Of a DNA stretch of 64,000 nt, positions 20,252 to 28,921 are shown one piece after another. A model generated the notes under the pieces. The model saw nothing but the letters and a program-made list of their open reading frames with translations. It was not told where the DNA came from and ran no database searches. Origin of the DNA: Spirochaetia bacterium. GTDB taxonomy: Bacteria; Spirochaetota; Leptospiria; Turneriellales; JAOUFE01. The stretch spans positions 21,628 to 85,627 of the forward strand of contig JAOUFY010000003.1 of assembly GCA_029857955.1 (NCBI GenBank), read 5' to 3'. Every line of letters begins with the position of its first letter. Positions within the stretch are counted from its first letter, which is position 1. Both the position numbers and the translations under genes were made by a program.

Positions 20252-21706
20252 ATGATTTTAATATATAAATATAGATTTAAAAATATAAAGTTCTTGAATT
20301 TAATATTTTTATTAATTGTGAACATCTTTGCTTGCCTGATATTGATATATCCCTGTGAAATTTATGCACAAAATTTACAGAATGTTGCCTCAAAATACTC
20401 GCCAGTTGCTGAGACCGATGCAATTTGGAACCTTGAGCATGGCGGGGATTTTCATGATCAACAAATCATAACACTTCTTGAAAAAATTAAAAATATGCCA
20501 GAAAAGTTATGGCTGAATATCTTATCTCTTGCTCGAGAGGAACCACATCAAATTTTAAGAAATTATTTAATTGTGAGATTTACAGTTAATTTTCCGTACT
20601 TTGGTCAAAGTGAGAATATTTATCAAAGTTATATTTTATTACTTAACGAAGAAACCAGGAGGATCATGTCGAAGGATCAGCAAAATGATGAAGACACGAA
20701 TCGTTTACTGAAAATACTTGCTTCGATCTCTCAATGGAAACTTAAAGAAATGTTTTACCCAACAAGTACTTTAGTTGCATACCCGCTGTTGGAAGTTCGT
20801 AAAGCCGCAAATGAAGCGATGATTAATATTAAAGATGACAGATTTTTTCCGATAGTTTTAAAACTTGCTGAATCTTCAAATCCGGTTGAACGAACTTATG
20901 CCATTGATTCACTTTTTTACCTAAAGGATGATAGAACCCTTCCAATCTTGCTTCAGCTACTTGCAGATAAAAACAAATCTGTCAGATATTATGTAATTCG
21001 CACCCTGGAAGTTTTAAATTCACAGGATGCAATTCCATATTACATTCGTATACTCCGCTCAGATTCAAGTAATGAAGCAAGAATACTTGCGGCCAACGTA
21101 CTTGGAAAGTTGAAGCCGCCTGCTGCGTATAATTCACTTTTAGAAGTTTTATCTGACTCTGATACCGCAGTCAGAAAAGCTGCACTTTTATCGATAAATG
21201 AATACAATAGTGTTAATTCTGCTTATTTTATTTCGCGTCAACTGGCACAGGAAACTGATAATGAATTGAAAATTTTGGAAATAAAAACATTGCTTTCTTT
21301 AAATAACTCTGGTCTAATGACCGGGTTAAATCGAATTCTTAAAGACGAAACAGACATCAATATTTTAATTTGGGCAATTTATGTTTCCGGCAAACTTGCT
21401 GACATTAACGGTTATGATTTAATTCTTGAAAAACTCTCGCATCAAAATGAAAAAATAAGAGAAGAGGCAGTCATGGCTCTTGCCGGCTTCAAGTATAAAA
21501 AAGCTATTCCTAATATATTATTGTTATTATCGAACAAAACAGAAAAATTTTCAGTTCAGTGTGCCGCATTATACTCAATTGAGATGATTGATGATGCTTC
21601 TTCAATACCGGATCTGTATAATTTGTCGATGAACCATGATAATTTACTTATACGATCAAGGATCAAGGTTGTTTTAAAAGAAATGTTAGATAAAAGGTAT
21701 AGATGA
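20252..21706 (+). CDS. Secreted or membrane-anchored HEAT-repeat protein
   Basis: N-terminal hydrophobic signal, then multiple HEAT-like repeats (VRYYVIRTLEVL, ARILAANVLGKL, AVRKAALLSINEY, IREEAVMALAGF). Confidence 0.7.
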   Translation: MILIYKYRFKNIKFLNLIFLLIVNIFACLILIYPCEIYAQNLQNVASKYSPVAETDAIWNLEHGGDFHDQQIITLLEKIKNMPEKLWLNILSLAREEPHQILRNYLIVRFTVNFPYFGQSENIYQSYILLLNEETRRIMSKDQQNDEDTNRLLKILASISQWKLKEMFYPTSTLVAYPLLEVRKAANEAMINIKDDRFFPIVLKLAESSNPVERTYAIDSLFYLKDDRTLPILLQLLADKNKSVRYYVIRTLEVLNSQDAIPYYIRILRSDSSNEARILAANVLGKLKPPAAYNSLLEVLSDSDTAVRKAALLSINEYNSVNSAYFISRQLAQETDNELKILEIKTLLSLNNSGLMTGLNRILKDETDINILIWAIYVSGKLADINGYDLILEKLSHQNEKIREEAVMALAGFKYKKAIPNILLLLSNKTEKFSVQCAALYSIEMIDDASSIPDLYNLSMNHDNLLIRSRIKVVLKEMLDKRYR

Positions 21707-21707
21707 T

Positions 21708-22214
21708 ATGAATAAAGTAAGGTTTTTTGCGCTGATAACATTTTCGGATACTAATTTATTAATTGATTATTTGTCATTAATTTCCAAAAAAATTGGTAAA
21801 TATGATTTTTTTTCTCAAAATATTAAATATCCCTGTGATTTATCTGGAAATTATTCATCTAATTCTAATTTTAAAATTAAAGTGATATCATTTAACAAAT
21901 TGTATTTAATTGAGAAAAGTAAATTCTTCTCTAAAAAAGCGGAAGAAGTGAAGGAGAAAATGAGTATAACCGGTCATGTTAATTTTAATATGTCGTATGG
22001 TTATTTAAATAAACATCAGGTAGTAACTTTGCATAGAACTCCGAGTCCTGACAGAATTTATATAAGTAAGGAGCTTCATGCGCAAGTTCAACTTGTTTTT
22101 GCAAATGGACGTATGTCTTTACTTGATACAGATAATAAAGAATTTTCAATCATTGATGTAAAAAAATATTTTGAAGATTTACATAGCTTATATCGTGAAG
22201 AAATTTCTAAGTAG
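21708..22214 (+). CDS. Hypothetical protein, DUF4416-like
   Basis: The C-terminal half (VNFNMSYGYLNKHQVVTLHRTPSPDRIYISKELHAQVQLVF) resembles the DUF4416 pattern from recall. Starts 2 nt after the previous stop. Confidence 0.4.
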   Translation: MNKVRFFALITFSDTNLLIDYLSLISKKIGKYDFFSQNIKYPCDLSGNYSSNSNFKIKVISFNKLYLIEKSKFFSKKAEEVKEKMSITGHVNFNMSYGYLNKHQVVTLHRTPSPDRIYISKELHAQVQLVFANGRMSLLDTDNKEFSIIDVKKYFEDLHSLYREEISK

Positions 22215-23499
22215 TTATAAAATCTATTGAAGTAATATCTTTTAAACCAAAACACGATAAAGGTATGTACATAATTTCAAGATGGTTTTTTTTATTAATA
22301 ACTAAATCAAGAGATTGTTTTTGTCGATTGGACAATTGTTTTTCTGAAAGTATTTTTTTAACAATTTTTTTTCCAAACGATAATTTGATAAAATATTTTT
22401 TCGTTATTGTACTGCTTTTGATTGTGGAATATAAATTTATATTATACTGTGTACTTTTGATATTTAATAATCGATTACGGCCTTTTCTGAATATAATATA
22501 AATTTTATTGGACCAGTTTTCCTTTTCAATGAACCAATATTTGTATCGAAAAGGAATTGTATTTAATGAATTTTTCAAATTAAATGATATAGGCCATAGA
22601 CTTAAATCTTTTAAAATGATCTCAAAAAGATATTTTTTATATTCTATATCAAGATTTAAAAAAAAACTCCATTCGATTCGATATTCATGACCATGTGAAA
22701 TCGTATAAATATTTTTAATCATCTGATCACGAATAAAATTTATAGAGTGAATGTACTGAAGTTTTGATTTTATAAAATTTTGCGTTGTTAGTCTGAATCC
22801 ATCTGGATTTACAATTGAAAAATTTTTTCTAATTTTAGATCTTGTATTTGATCCGGTAAAATTAGAGGGGTCATTCCAAAATTTGAAAAAATGATCTATA
22901 CAAATTGATCTAATTTCTTCAGAGCTAAGTAATATCAAAGGTCGAAAATAATGTATACCTTGAATAATTTCATTTGGTAAAAATGGATAAATATTTTCAA
23001 TCGAAGTTCCTCTGTTCATTCTCATCACAATAGTTTCCATCCAATCGCTCATATTATGGCCGGTAACAATTACGGAGCCTTGATTTTTTATATAAGCCTG
23101 TTTAAGGTGTTTATATCGTATACGAGATGAAGTAAATTCAAAGTTCCCTTTTATTTTATGGCATATTTTATTCATGTCTCTGTAGTATGGCAGATACACG
23201 AGATTTAAGTCGGTAAATGATTTTTTTATTTCATTTATGTTTGATAAAATTAACAGGTTTCTTTTATTGGTATTTTCTATGTCCTGGTCACCATGATCCA
23301 GAAAGTATATAATTAATTTTCTACCTGGAACTGGATGGATTTTATGTATACCAACAAGTATATTTAGTGCAAGTATTGAGTCTGCGCCGCCAGAGCAGGC
23401 GACTATCCAGTTTTTATTCCAAACTTGTTCAACATCGCAAACGTTAAGTTTTACTTTGTTTCGTAGTTGTTCCAAGCTTGTATCGCGAAAGGACATCAT
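22207..23499 (-). CDS. tilS: tRNA(Ile)-lysidine synthase
   Basis: PP-loop VACSGGADS near the N-terminus; 430 aa; very AT-rich and divergent. Confidence 0.85.
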   Translation of the reverse strand: MMSFRDTSLEQLRNKVKLNVCDVEQVWNKNWIVACSGGADSILALNILVGIHKIHPVPGRKLIIYFLDHGDQDIENTNKRNLLILSNINEIKKSFTDLNLVYLPYYRDMNKICHKIKGNFEFTSSRIRYKHLKQAYIKNQGSVIVTGHNMSDWMETIVMRMNRGTSIENIYPFLPNEIIQGIHYFRPLILLSSEEIRSICIDHFFKFWNDPSNFTGSNTRSKIRKNFSIVNPDGFRLTTQNFIKSKLQYIHSINFIRDQMIKNIYTISHGHEYRIEWSFFLNLDIEYKKYLFEIILKDLSLWPISFNLKNSLNTIPFRYKYWFIEKENWSNKIYIIFRKGRNRLLNIKSTQYNINLYSTIKSSTITKKYFIKLSFGKKIVKKILSEKQLSNRQKQSLDLVINKKNHLEIMYIPLSCFGLKDITSIDFITT

Positions 23500-24055
23500 T
23501 AATATCCTGTGTTAAAATCGATCTTAAAGCTGCTTCAGCATCATTGATGACTTCGATGATGCGCATATTTTCATCTAAAGTAAAATCGGTTTCAAGATAA
23601 TTGGTAATGGACTGAAATCCGTCAGTATCAAGACTAAACGTACGTCCCTGTGGTGCAATACCAATCCTGATGCGTACGTATTTATCCGATTTTAAAGCCA
23701 ATGTGATAGAGTCGATTCCAATGTGTTTTATATTACTTTGCCCAAGAGCAACCTGAACATCTCCATATGGAAGAGAATAGTCATCATGAATTACAATGAT
23801 TCTGCTTACGGGAATTCTTAAAAAAGAGGCGATGTATAAAACAGCTTCACCGCTTAAATCCATAAATGTCTGCGGTTTTAATAGTACAATTTCATGTTTT
23901 TCAAATTCACCGGTTCCCAATAACGATTTTTTCTTTTTAGTTTTAATTTGTATGCTTGTATTATTTGCTAAAACATCTACAATTTTAAAACCAATGTTCC
24001 TTCTGTTGTTCATATATCGGTCCCCGGGGTTGCCGAGGCCGATGATTAACTTCAT
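23444..24055 (-). CDS. pth: Peptidyl-tRNA hydrolase homolog (atypical active site)
   Basis: KLIIGLGNPGDRY...NIGF, TFMDLSG, VIHDD and RIRIGI align to bacterial Pth. Sits in the prs-rplY-pth synteny. The 3' end overlaps tilS by 56 nt. First ATG is at 24055; the track ORF uses TTG at 24067. Confidence 0.8.
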   Translation of the reverse strand: MKLIIGLGNPGDRYMNNRRNIGFKIVDVLANNTSIQIKTKKKKSLLGTGEFEKHEIVLLKPQTFMDLSGEAVLYIASFLRIPVSRIIVIHDDYSLPYGDVQVALGQSNIKHIGIDSITLALKSDKYVRIRIGIAPQGRTFSLDTDGFQSITNYLETDFTLDENMRIIEVINDAEAALRSILTQDINDVLSRYKLGTTTKQSKT

Positions 24056-24084
24056 GTTAGAACTCAAATTTTATTCCTTTTTGA

Positions 24085-24687
24085 TTATGTTGTTGCAGCG
24101 GCCTCTTTTGTATCAGTAGATGTTTCATCTTCAGATTTAACTTTTGCCGGTAATGCTATGTGAAATACAATCGGGTTTCCTTCAACAAGAACCCTTCCGC
24201 TTGGAGGAAGTACCAGATCATTAACATGAATTCCTCCGCCGATTTTAATTTCACTGATATCAACATTTATTGCAGCAACAAGGTCTTTTGGTAAAATTTC
24301 TACTTCTACATCATGTAAAAATACTTCAAGTATACCCCCTTCTTTTTCACCAATAGATTTACCTTCCAGGTGAATTGGAATGTGGGTTTTAATCTTTTCA
24401 CCGGCAGTGATTCTAAAAAAATCCATATGTAGAATTCGATTTGATACCGGATCGACCTGATAATCTTTAATAAAAGATTTTTCTTTTTTACCGCCAACTT
24501 CAATATCAAGCAATGTAGACTCGGATACTCCAGATGAAAAAATTTTTTGAATATTTTTTTCATTTACCTTTAAAAGTTGCGTATTTCCATGGTTGTAAAT
24601 TACAGCTGGAATCATACCTTGTCTTCGAATTGCAGATGGTTTCTCGTTTACTTCTCTTTTCTGTGCCTCAATAATTATTTCCTTCAT
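24085..24687 (-). CDS. rplY: 50S ribosomal protein L25/general stress protein Ctc
   Basis: RRQGMIPAVIYNHG N-terminus; 200-aa Ctc-length form. Confidence 0.9.
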   Translation of the reverse strand: MKEIIIEAQKREVNEKPSAIRRQGMIPAVIYNHGNTQLLKVNEKNIQKIFSSGVSESTLLDIEVGGKKEKSFIKDYQVDPVSNRILHMDFFRITAGEKIKTHIPIHLEGKSIGEKEGGILEVFLHDVEVEILPKDLVAAINVDISEIKIGGGIHVNDLVLPPSGRVLVEGNPIVFHIALPAKVKSEDETSTDTKEAAATT

Positions 24688-24712
24688 TTTAACTCCTCTT
24701 TAAATGATAATA

Positions 24713-25654
24713 TTAAACAAATAAATTACTTACAGAACGCTCATCATGAATTCGCAAGATAGCTTCGCCGATCAACGATGCCACAGACAGAATTTTCATC
24801 TTTTTTAAGCGTTTTTCCTGTGGTATGTTTATCGAGTCTGTCAAAAGTATTTCATCGATAGGGGCTTCATCTAGTCTCTGGCAGGCTGGTCCCGATAGTA
24901 CCCCATGAGTTGAAACTGCTCGAACTTCGATTGCTCCAAAATCTTTCAACGCCTGAGCGCCTTTTGAAATAGTTCCTGCCGTATCAATCATATCATCAAC
25001 CATGATACATTTTTTCCCATCGACATTTCCAATGATGTTCATCACTTCAGCTTCATTTGCTTTTTCACGTCTTTTGTCTATAACCGCTAAACCACAGTTT
25101 AAGTGCTTTGCAAAAAAACGAGCTCGTTCAGCGCCGCCTGAATCAGGCGAAACAATGACAACATTTTCCATGTTTTCATTTTTAAAATGGTCAATTAAAA
25201 CCGGCGCAGCAAAAAGGTGATCAACAGGAATATCAAAAAAACCCTGAATCTGGTCGGCATGTAAATCCATAGCTAATAATCGGTTTGTTCCGGTATTTTC
25301 CAGAATTTTTGCGACAACCTTCGCCGAAATAGGTACACGTGGTTCTACTTTTCGATCTTGCCTTGCATAGCCAAAATAAGGAGTAACCACGGTGATACGT
25401 CTTGCTGAGGCTCTTCTAAAGGCATCTAATATTAATAATAGTTCAATGATGTGGTCATTGGCAGGGTTGCTGGTGGATTGAATTAAAAAAACATCTGATC
25501 CTCGTACATTTTCAGCTATTTTTACAGAGATTTCTCCATCACTAAATCTTTTTAAATCAATTTTACCCAATTCAATCCCCATATAATGGGTGATTTTTTC
25601 TGCTAAAGGTATATTTGATGACCCTGAAAATACTTTAAGCATTACATTGTTCAT
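24713..25654 (-). CDS. prs: Ribose-phosphate pyrophosphokinase
   Basis: Full-length PRPP synthetase: YFGYARQDRK, DLHADQIQGFF, VSPDSGG and DDMIDTAGT motifs. Confidence 0.95.
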   Translation of the reverse strand: MNNVMLKVFSGSSNIPLAEKITHYMGIELGKIDLKRFSDGEISVKIAENVRGSDVFLIQSTSNPANDHIIELLLILDAFRRASARRITVVTPYFGYARQDRKVEPRVPISAKVVAKILENTGTNRLLAMDLHADQIQGFFDIPVDHLFAAPVLIDHFKNENMENVVIVSPDSGGAERARFFAKHLNCGLAVIDKRREKANEAEVMNIIGNVDGKKCIMVDDMIDTAGTISKGAQALKDFGAIEVRAVSTHGVLSGPACQRLDEAPIDEILLTDSINIPQEKRLKKMKILSVASLIGEAILRIHDERSVSNLFV

Positions 25655-26424
25655 ACAGATACTCCTATTGCTTTTTCAAGAGATTTTAATTGATCTGGAG
25701 AGTTTATACCCTGGAATTGAATATTCTCTTTAGATAAATATGTAATTACTTTTTCATGGTTTGCAATCATACTTTTAACCATGTCGGTCAGATAATATTC
25801 ATTTTTAGAATTATTGCTGTTTAACATATGGATATATTTCCACAGTGCGCTTGATTTAAATAAAAAAACACCTGTATTTATTTCGTTAATTTGTTTTTCT
25901 TCTTCGGTTGCTTCTTTTTCTTCACGAATATCACAAATTTCATTTTTTTCATTGTGAATGATTCTGCCATATCCTGCAGGATCATCAAGGGTTGTTGTGA
26001 TCACTAACATGGACGCATCATTTTTTATGATTTCATGAAAACATTCGCTAATTGTTTCAGGCCGTATTAAAGGTACATCGCCAAGTAAAACAATTAAATA
26101 TTTACCCGAATTTTTAAGCGTTTTTTCGGCAGTCAACACTGCATGACCTGTTCCAAGCTGTTGTTCCTGTGTGTGAAAGTTTATTTTTACGTTACTATGA
26201 CTCTTATTCCATAACTTAACAGTATTTTCGACTTTATCTTTTTGATGCCCAACCACTACGGTGATATGTTGAATACCTGATTTCAGGGTAGCTTCTAAAA
26301 CATATTCAATCATGGGTTTATTTGCCAGTTCATGTAAAACTTTTGGCAGTTCGCTATTCATTCTGGTCCCCTTACCGGCTGCCAGTATCAATGCATGTAC
26401 ACTATTGGATATTGTTTCTGTCAT
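25651..26424 (-). CDS. GlmU-like sugar-1-phosphate nucleotidyltransferase (N-terminal pyrophosphorylase domain only)
   Basis: ILAAGKGTRMNSELPKVLHELANKPMIEYV matches the GlmU N-terminus. The ORF stops at 257 aa, overlapping the prs start (ATGA). No left-handed beta-helix acetyltransferase domain. Confidence 0.8.
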   Translation of the reverse strand: MTETISNSVHALILAAGKGTRMNSELPKVLHELANKPMIEYVLEATLKSGIQHITVVVGHQKDKVENTVKLWNKSHSNVKINFHTQEQQLGTGHAVLTAEKTLKNSGKYLIVLLGDVPLIRPETISECFHEIIKNDASMLVITTTLDDPAGYGRIIHNEKNEICDIREEKEATEEEKQINEINTGVFLFKSSALWKYIHMLNSNNSKNEYYLTDMVKSMIANHEKVITYLSKENIQFQGINSPDQLKSLEKAIGVSV

Positions 26425-26443
26425 ATATTGTATCTTTTATTTG

Positions 26444-26515
26444 CTGGGCCGGGAGGGATCGAACCTCCGCATGTCAGGATCAAAACCTGATGCCTTACCG
26501 CTTGGCGACGGCCCA
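26444..26515 (-). tRNA. tRNA-Gln (anticodon UUG)
   Basis: The reverse complement TGGGCCGTCGCCAAGCGGTAAGGCATCAGGTTTTGATCCTGACATGCGGAGGTTCGATCCCTCCCGGCCCAG folds as a cloverleaf. Anticodon loop TTTTGAT, T-loop TTCGATC, 7-bp acceptor stem. CCA is not encoded. Confidence 0.93.
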
Positions 26516-26517
26516 AT

Positions 26518-27732
26518 TTATGTCAATGTAGAAAATTTAAACCAATATACTTCAGGATGTTCAACCTGAAGGGATGAAACGGATAAATCCAGTTTTTTTT
26601 GAAACTCCGAAGTTAATCCATTTTTTCCGGTTATACCGGCATAAATAGCGGATCCTGATCCGCTCATGGAGCTTATCAGTTTTCCATCTATGTTCTTTTT
26701 TAGAAGGTTTTGAGATAATTTTACAATTGCTTGTTTACGTATTTTTTCAATTTCAATGTATTTATCAGGAAATAATTTTTTACTTATTCCAATAAATTCA
26801 TTATTTAGAAAATACGTTCTCTCTTCTTCTAAACGTATCAATTTCTCAAGTGATTTATCGTTTTTGGAAGCAGTCTCCAAATCATCATCACTTACTAACC
26901 AATCATGTAGATTCATAAAATCGTCATGAATGTTTTGAATTGAATACAGGTTACAAGTTAATGAATTATCATCGTGTAAAGTCTTTTTTGGGCGTGTTGC
27001 TGTATTCTTGGACTCGGATTTAGAGGCTATGTCTATAATATCGTCACGTGTAATATGAGAAATGGGCTTATCCATCGATTGGTACATTTGCTTTGTTGAA
27101 AAGCCGAATTGAGGTATCGCCATGATTCCTGATAAATGTATTGAAGGTAATTTTTTTAATATCTCACCAGTTCCACTGATCAATGCAGTTTGTTTTTGAT
27201 AGGGATCTCGTAAAAAAAACGGAATATCTGAACCAAGTTTCAGGCTTTGTTTTTCAATTTCAAATTCAATTTTTTTTCGTATGGAGGAGTCCATGGGTGA
27301 ACTTGAGATTTGTAAAAAATCAATTATTGCACGAATCATGACGGCGGCATTTGAGCTTCCTCCTCCAAGACCTGCGGGAGAAGGGATCTTTTTTATTATA
27401 TGAACGTGACATTTGAATGGCGGTGTTGTAACACCGTGTTCTCTTAAAAATAAAAAAGTCCATTCATAGGCTTTATAGATCAGGTTATGTTTATAATCAT
27501 TACCAAAAACGCGGTTAGTACCTTCATCGTTTAATATAGGTGGAAGGTTGTTTTCCCAGCTCAATGAGAATGAATTACTTTGTGCTTGTACAATGGAAAT
27601 CTGCATTACATCACAAGTGTCAATGCATGAAAAAAGACTAACGATGTGGTGATATCCATTTTCATAGCGAAAAGGAATTGTTAAACCAAGATTGATTTTT
27701 GCATTTGAATTATAAGTTTGATTAAAACTCAT
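26518..27732 (-). CDS. ispE: 4-diphosphocytidyl-2-C-methyl-D-erythritol kinase (GHMP kinase) with a large internal insertion
   Basis: AKINLGLTI N-terminus, PSPAGLGGGSSNAAV GHMP motif, C-terminal SGSGSAIY. 404 aa versus the usual length of about 285. Confidence 0.8.
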   Translation of the reverse strand: MSFNQTYNSNAKINLGLTIPFRYENGYHHIVSLFSCIDTCDVMQISIVQAQSNSFSLSWENNLPPILNDEGTNRVFGNDYKHNLIYKAYEWTFLFLREHGVTTPPFKCHVHIIKKIPSPAGLGGGSSNAAVMIRAIIDFLQISSSPMDSSIRKKIEFEIEKQSLKLGSDIPFFLRDPYQKQTALISGTGEILKKLPSIHLSGIMAIPQFGFSTKQMYQSMDKPISHITRDDIIDIASKSESKNTATRPKKTLHDDNSLTCNLYSIQNIHDDFMNLHDWLVSDDDLETASKNDKSLEKLIRLEEERTYFLNNEFIGISKKLFPDKYIEIEKIRKQAIVKLSQNLLKKNIDGKLISSMSGSGSAIYAGITGKNGLTSEFQKKLDLSVSSLQVEHPEVYWFKFSTLT

Positions 27733-27739
27733 GGAATTT

Positions 27740-28039
27740 TTATTTTGAAACAGATTTGTAAAGTCTGTAAAAGGCGTAAATAAAACCTGTTATGCTGATA
27801 CCGATCATGCTCCATGGTAAAGTATTTGTGTACCTGGCTACAAAGTAACCTGTAAACGACATCAAAATAATCATAAAAATAAATTCATAAACCTTATTTA
27901 AAGCGCTGTATCTTTCTGAAATATTTTCATCCTCATTTTTTTTATCTTTTATATTTAAAGAATTACGTAATCCTGATTGTTCATTTTCCAGTTTTTTAAG
28001 TTTTTGCGTAAACTCTTCTTTTTCTTCATTTGAAAGCAT
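27740..28039 (-). CDS. Small membrane protein (coiled N-terminus plus two TM helices; possibly AtpZ/AtpI-like)
   Basis: 99 aa with two hydrophobic helices at the C-terminus. Family guess is weak. Confidence 0.5.
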   Translation of the reverse strand: MLSNEEKEEFTQKLKKLENEQSGLRNSLNIKDKKNEDENISERYSALNKVYEFIFMIILMSFTGYFVARYTNTLPWSMIGISITGFIYAFYRLYKSVSK

Positions 28040-28174
28040 GATAAAATAAACAATCTAAGTGGATACGCTCTGTCAATTTCATTTATATTGAGTCGAAATA
28101 TCCGAGTTAGCTTTTTTAACTCAGGCGAGAACACCGGCAAAATTTATGCCAGTGTAATCGCCCAAATCATCGGG

Positions 28175-28921
28175 TTAGTTTATATGGAAAGTAAACGATA
28201 TCATCGCTATGCTTGCGTGAGCAAAAACAATTGTATAACCCGTTGGAAGGTCAAACTTATACGATAGAGCGATGGCAGAGATGTTTACAATTATACCGAT
28301 TATCCAGGCCTTACCAAGTTGCCATTTGTCATTTGTACTTGATGAAATTGTGGAAGCTGCAAGAGCCGGCCCAACCAGTAAGGCAAAAACCACCAACACT
28401 CCGGCAAGTTTAACTGAACTTGTTACGGTAAGCGAAAAAGTTATAAAAAATAGAATTTCACGGAGCGTTCCGGTTGTTTTTCTATGAAAGTAAAAAATCA
28501 CGATACCGAGAATTCCATAAAGAATTGATGTTTTTACGACTTCTTTAACCGGAGTAAAAAGAATATCGGCAGCAAGAAGTTTTTCTATGTCTTCCATGCC
28601 ATGAGCCGAAGTTGATAACAACAGGTAAACTCCTGAAATTCCCAGCGCATACATTAAACCTATAAAAGCTTCATGGTTTTTAGCGCGCCTAGAAACCATT
28701 GCAATTGCCAGTCCACCGCTTAATGCAAATGCAAGCGATACAAGGTAAACGTATTGACCGTCAAAAAAACGAAGGGCTACAGCTGCGCCAAGCGCTGCCA
28801 TTTGTCCGATAGCCAAATCTGTAAAAATAATTCCTCTTTTAATAATCTCAATTCCAAAATACGAATGGATACCAAGTAAGATCACCGAAAGAAAAAACGC
28901 CGATACTAGTATATCAATCAT
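28175..28921 (-). CDS. Metal ABC transporter permease (ABC-3/ZnuB-TroC family)
   Basis: 248-aa polytopic protein with an ABC-3-like IFTDLAIGQMAALGAAVAL segment. Overlaps the stop of the upstream binding-protein gene. Confidence 0.75.
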   Translation of the reverse strand: MIDILVSAFFLSVILLGIHSYFGIEIIKRGIIFTDLAIGQMAALGAAVALRFFDGQYVYLVSLAFALSGGLAIAMVSRRAKNHEAFIGLMYALGISGVYLLLSTSAHGMEDIEKLLAADILFTPVKEVVKTSILYGILGIVIFYFHRKTTGTLREILFFITFSLTVTSSVKLAGVLVVFALLVGPALAASTISSSTNDKWQLGKAWIIGIIVNISAIALSYKFDLPTGYTIVFAHASIAMISFTFHIN

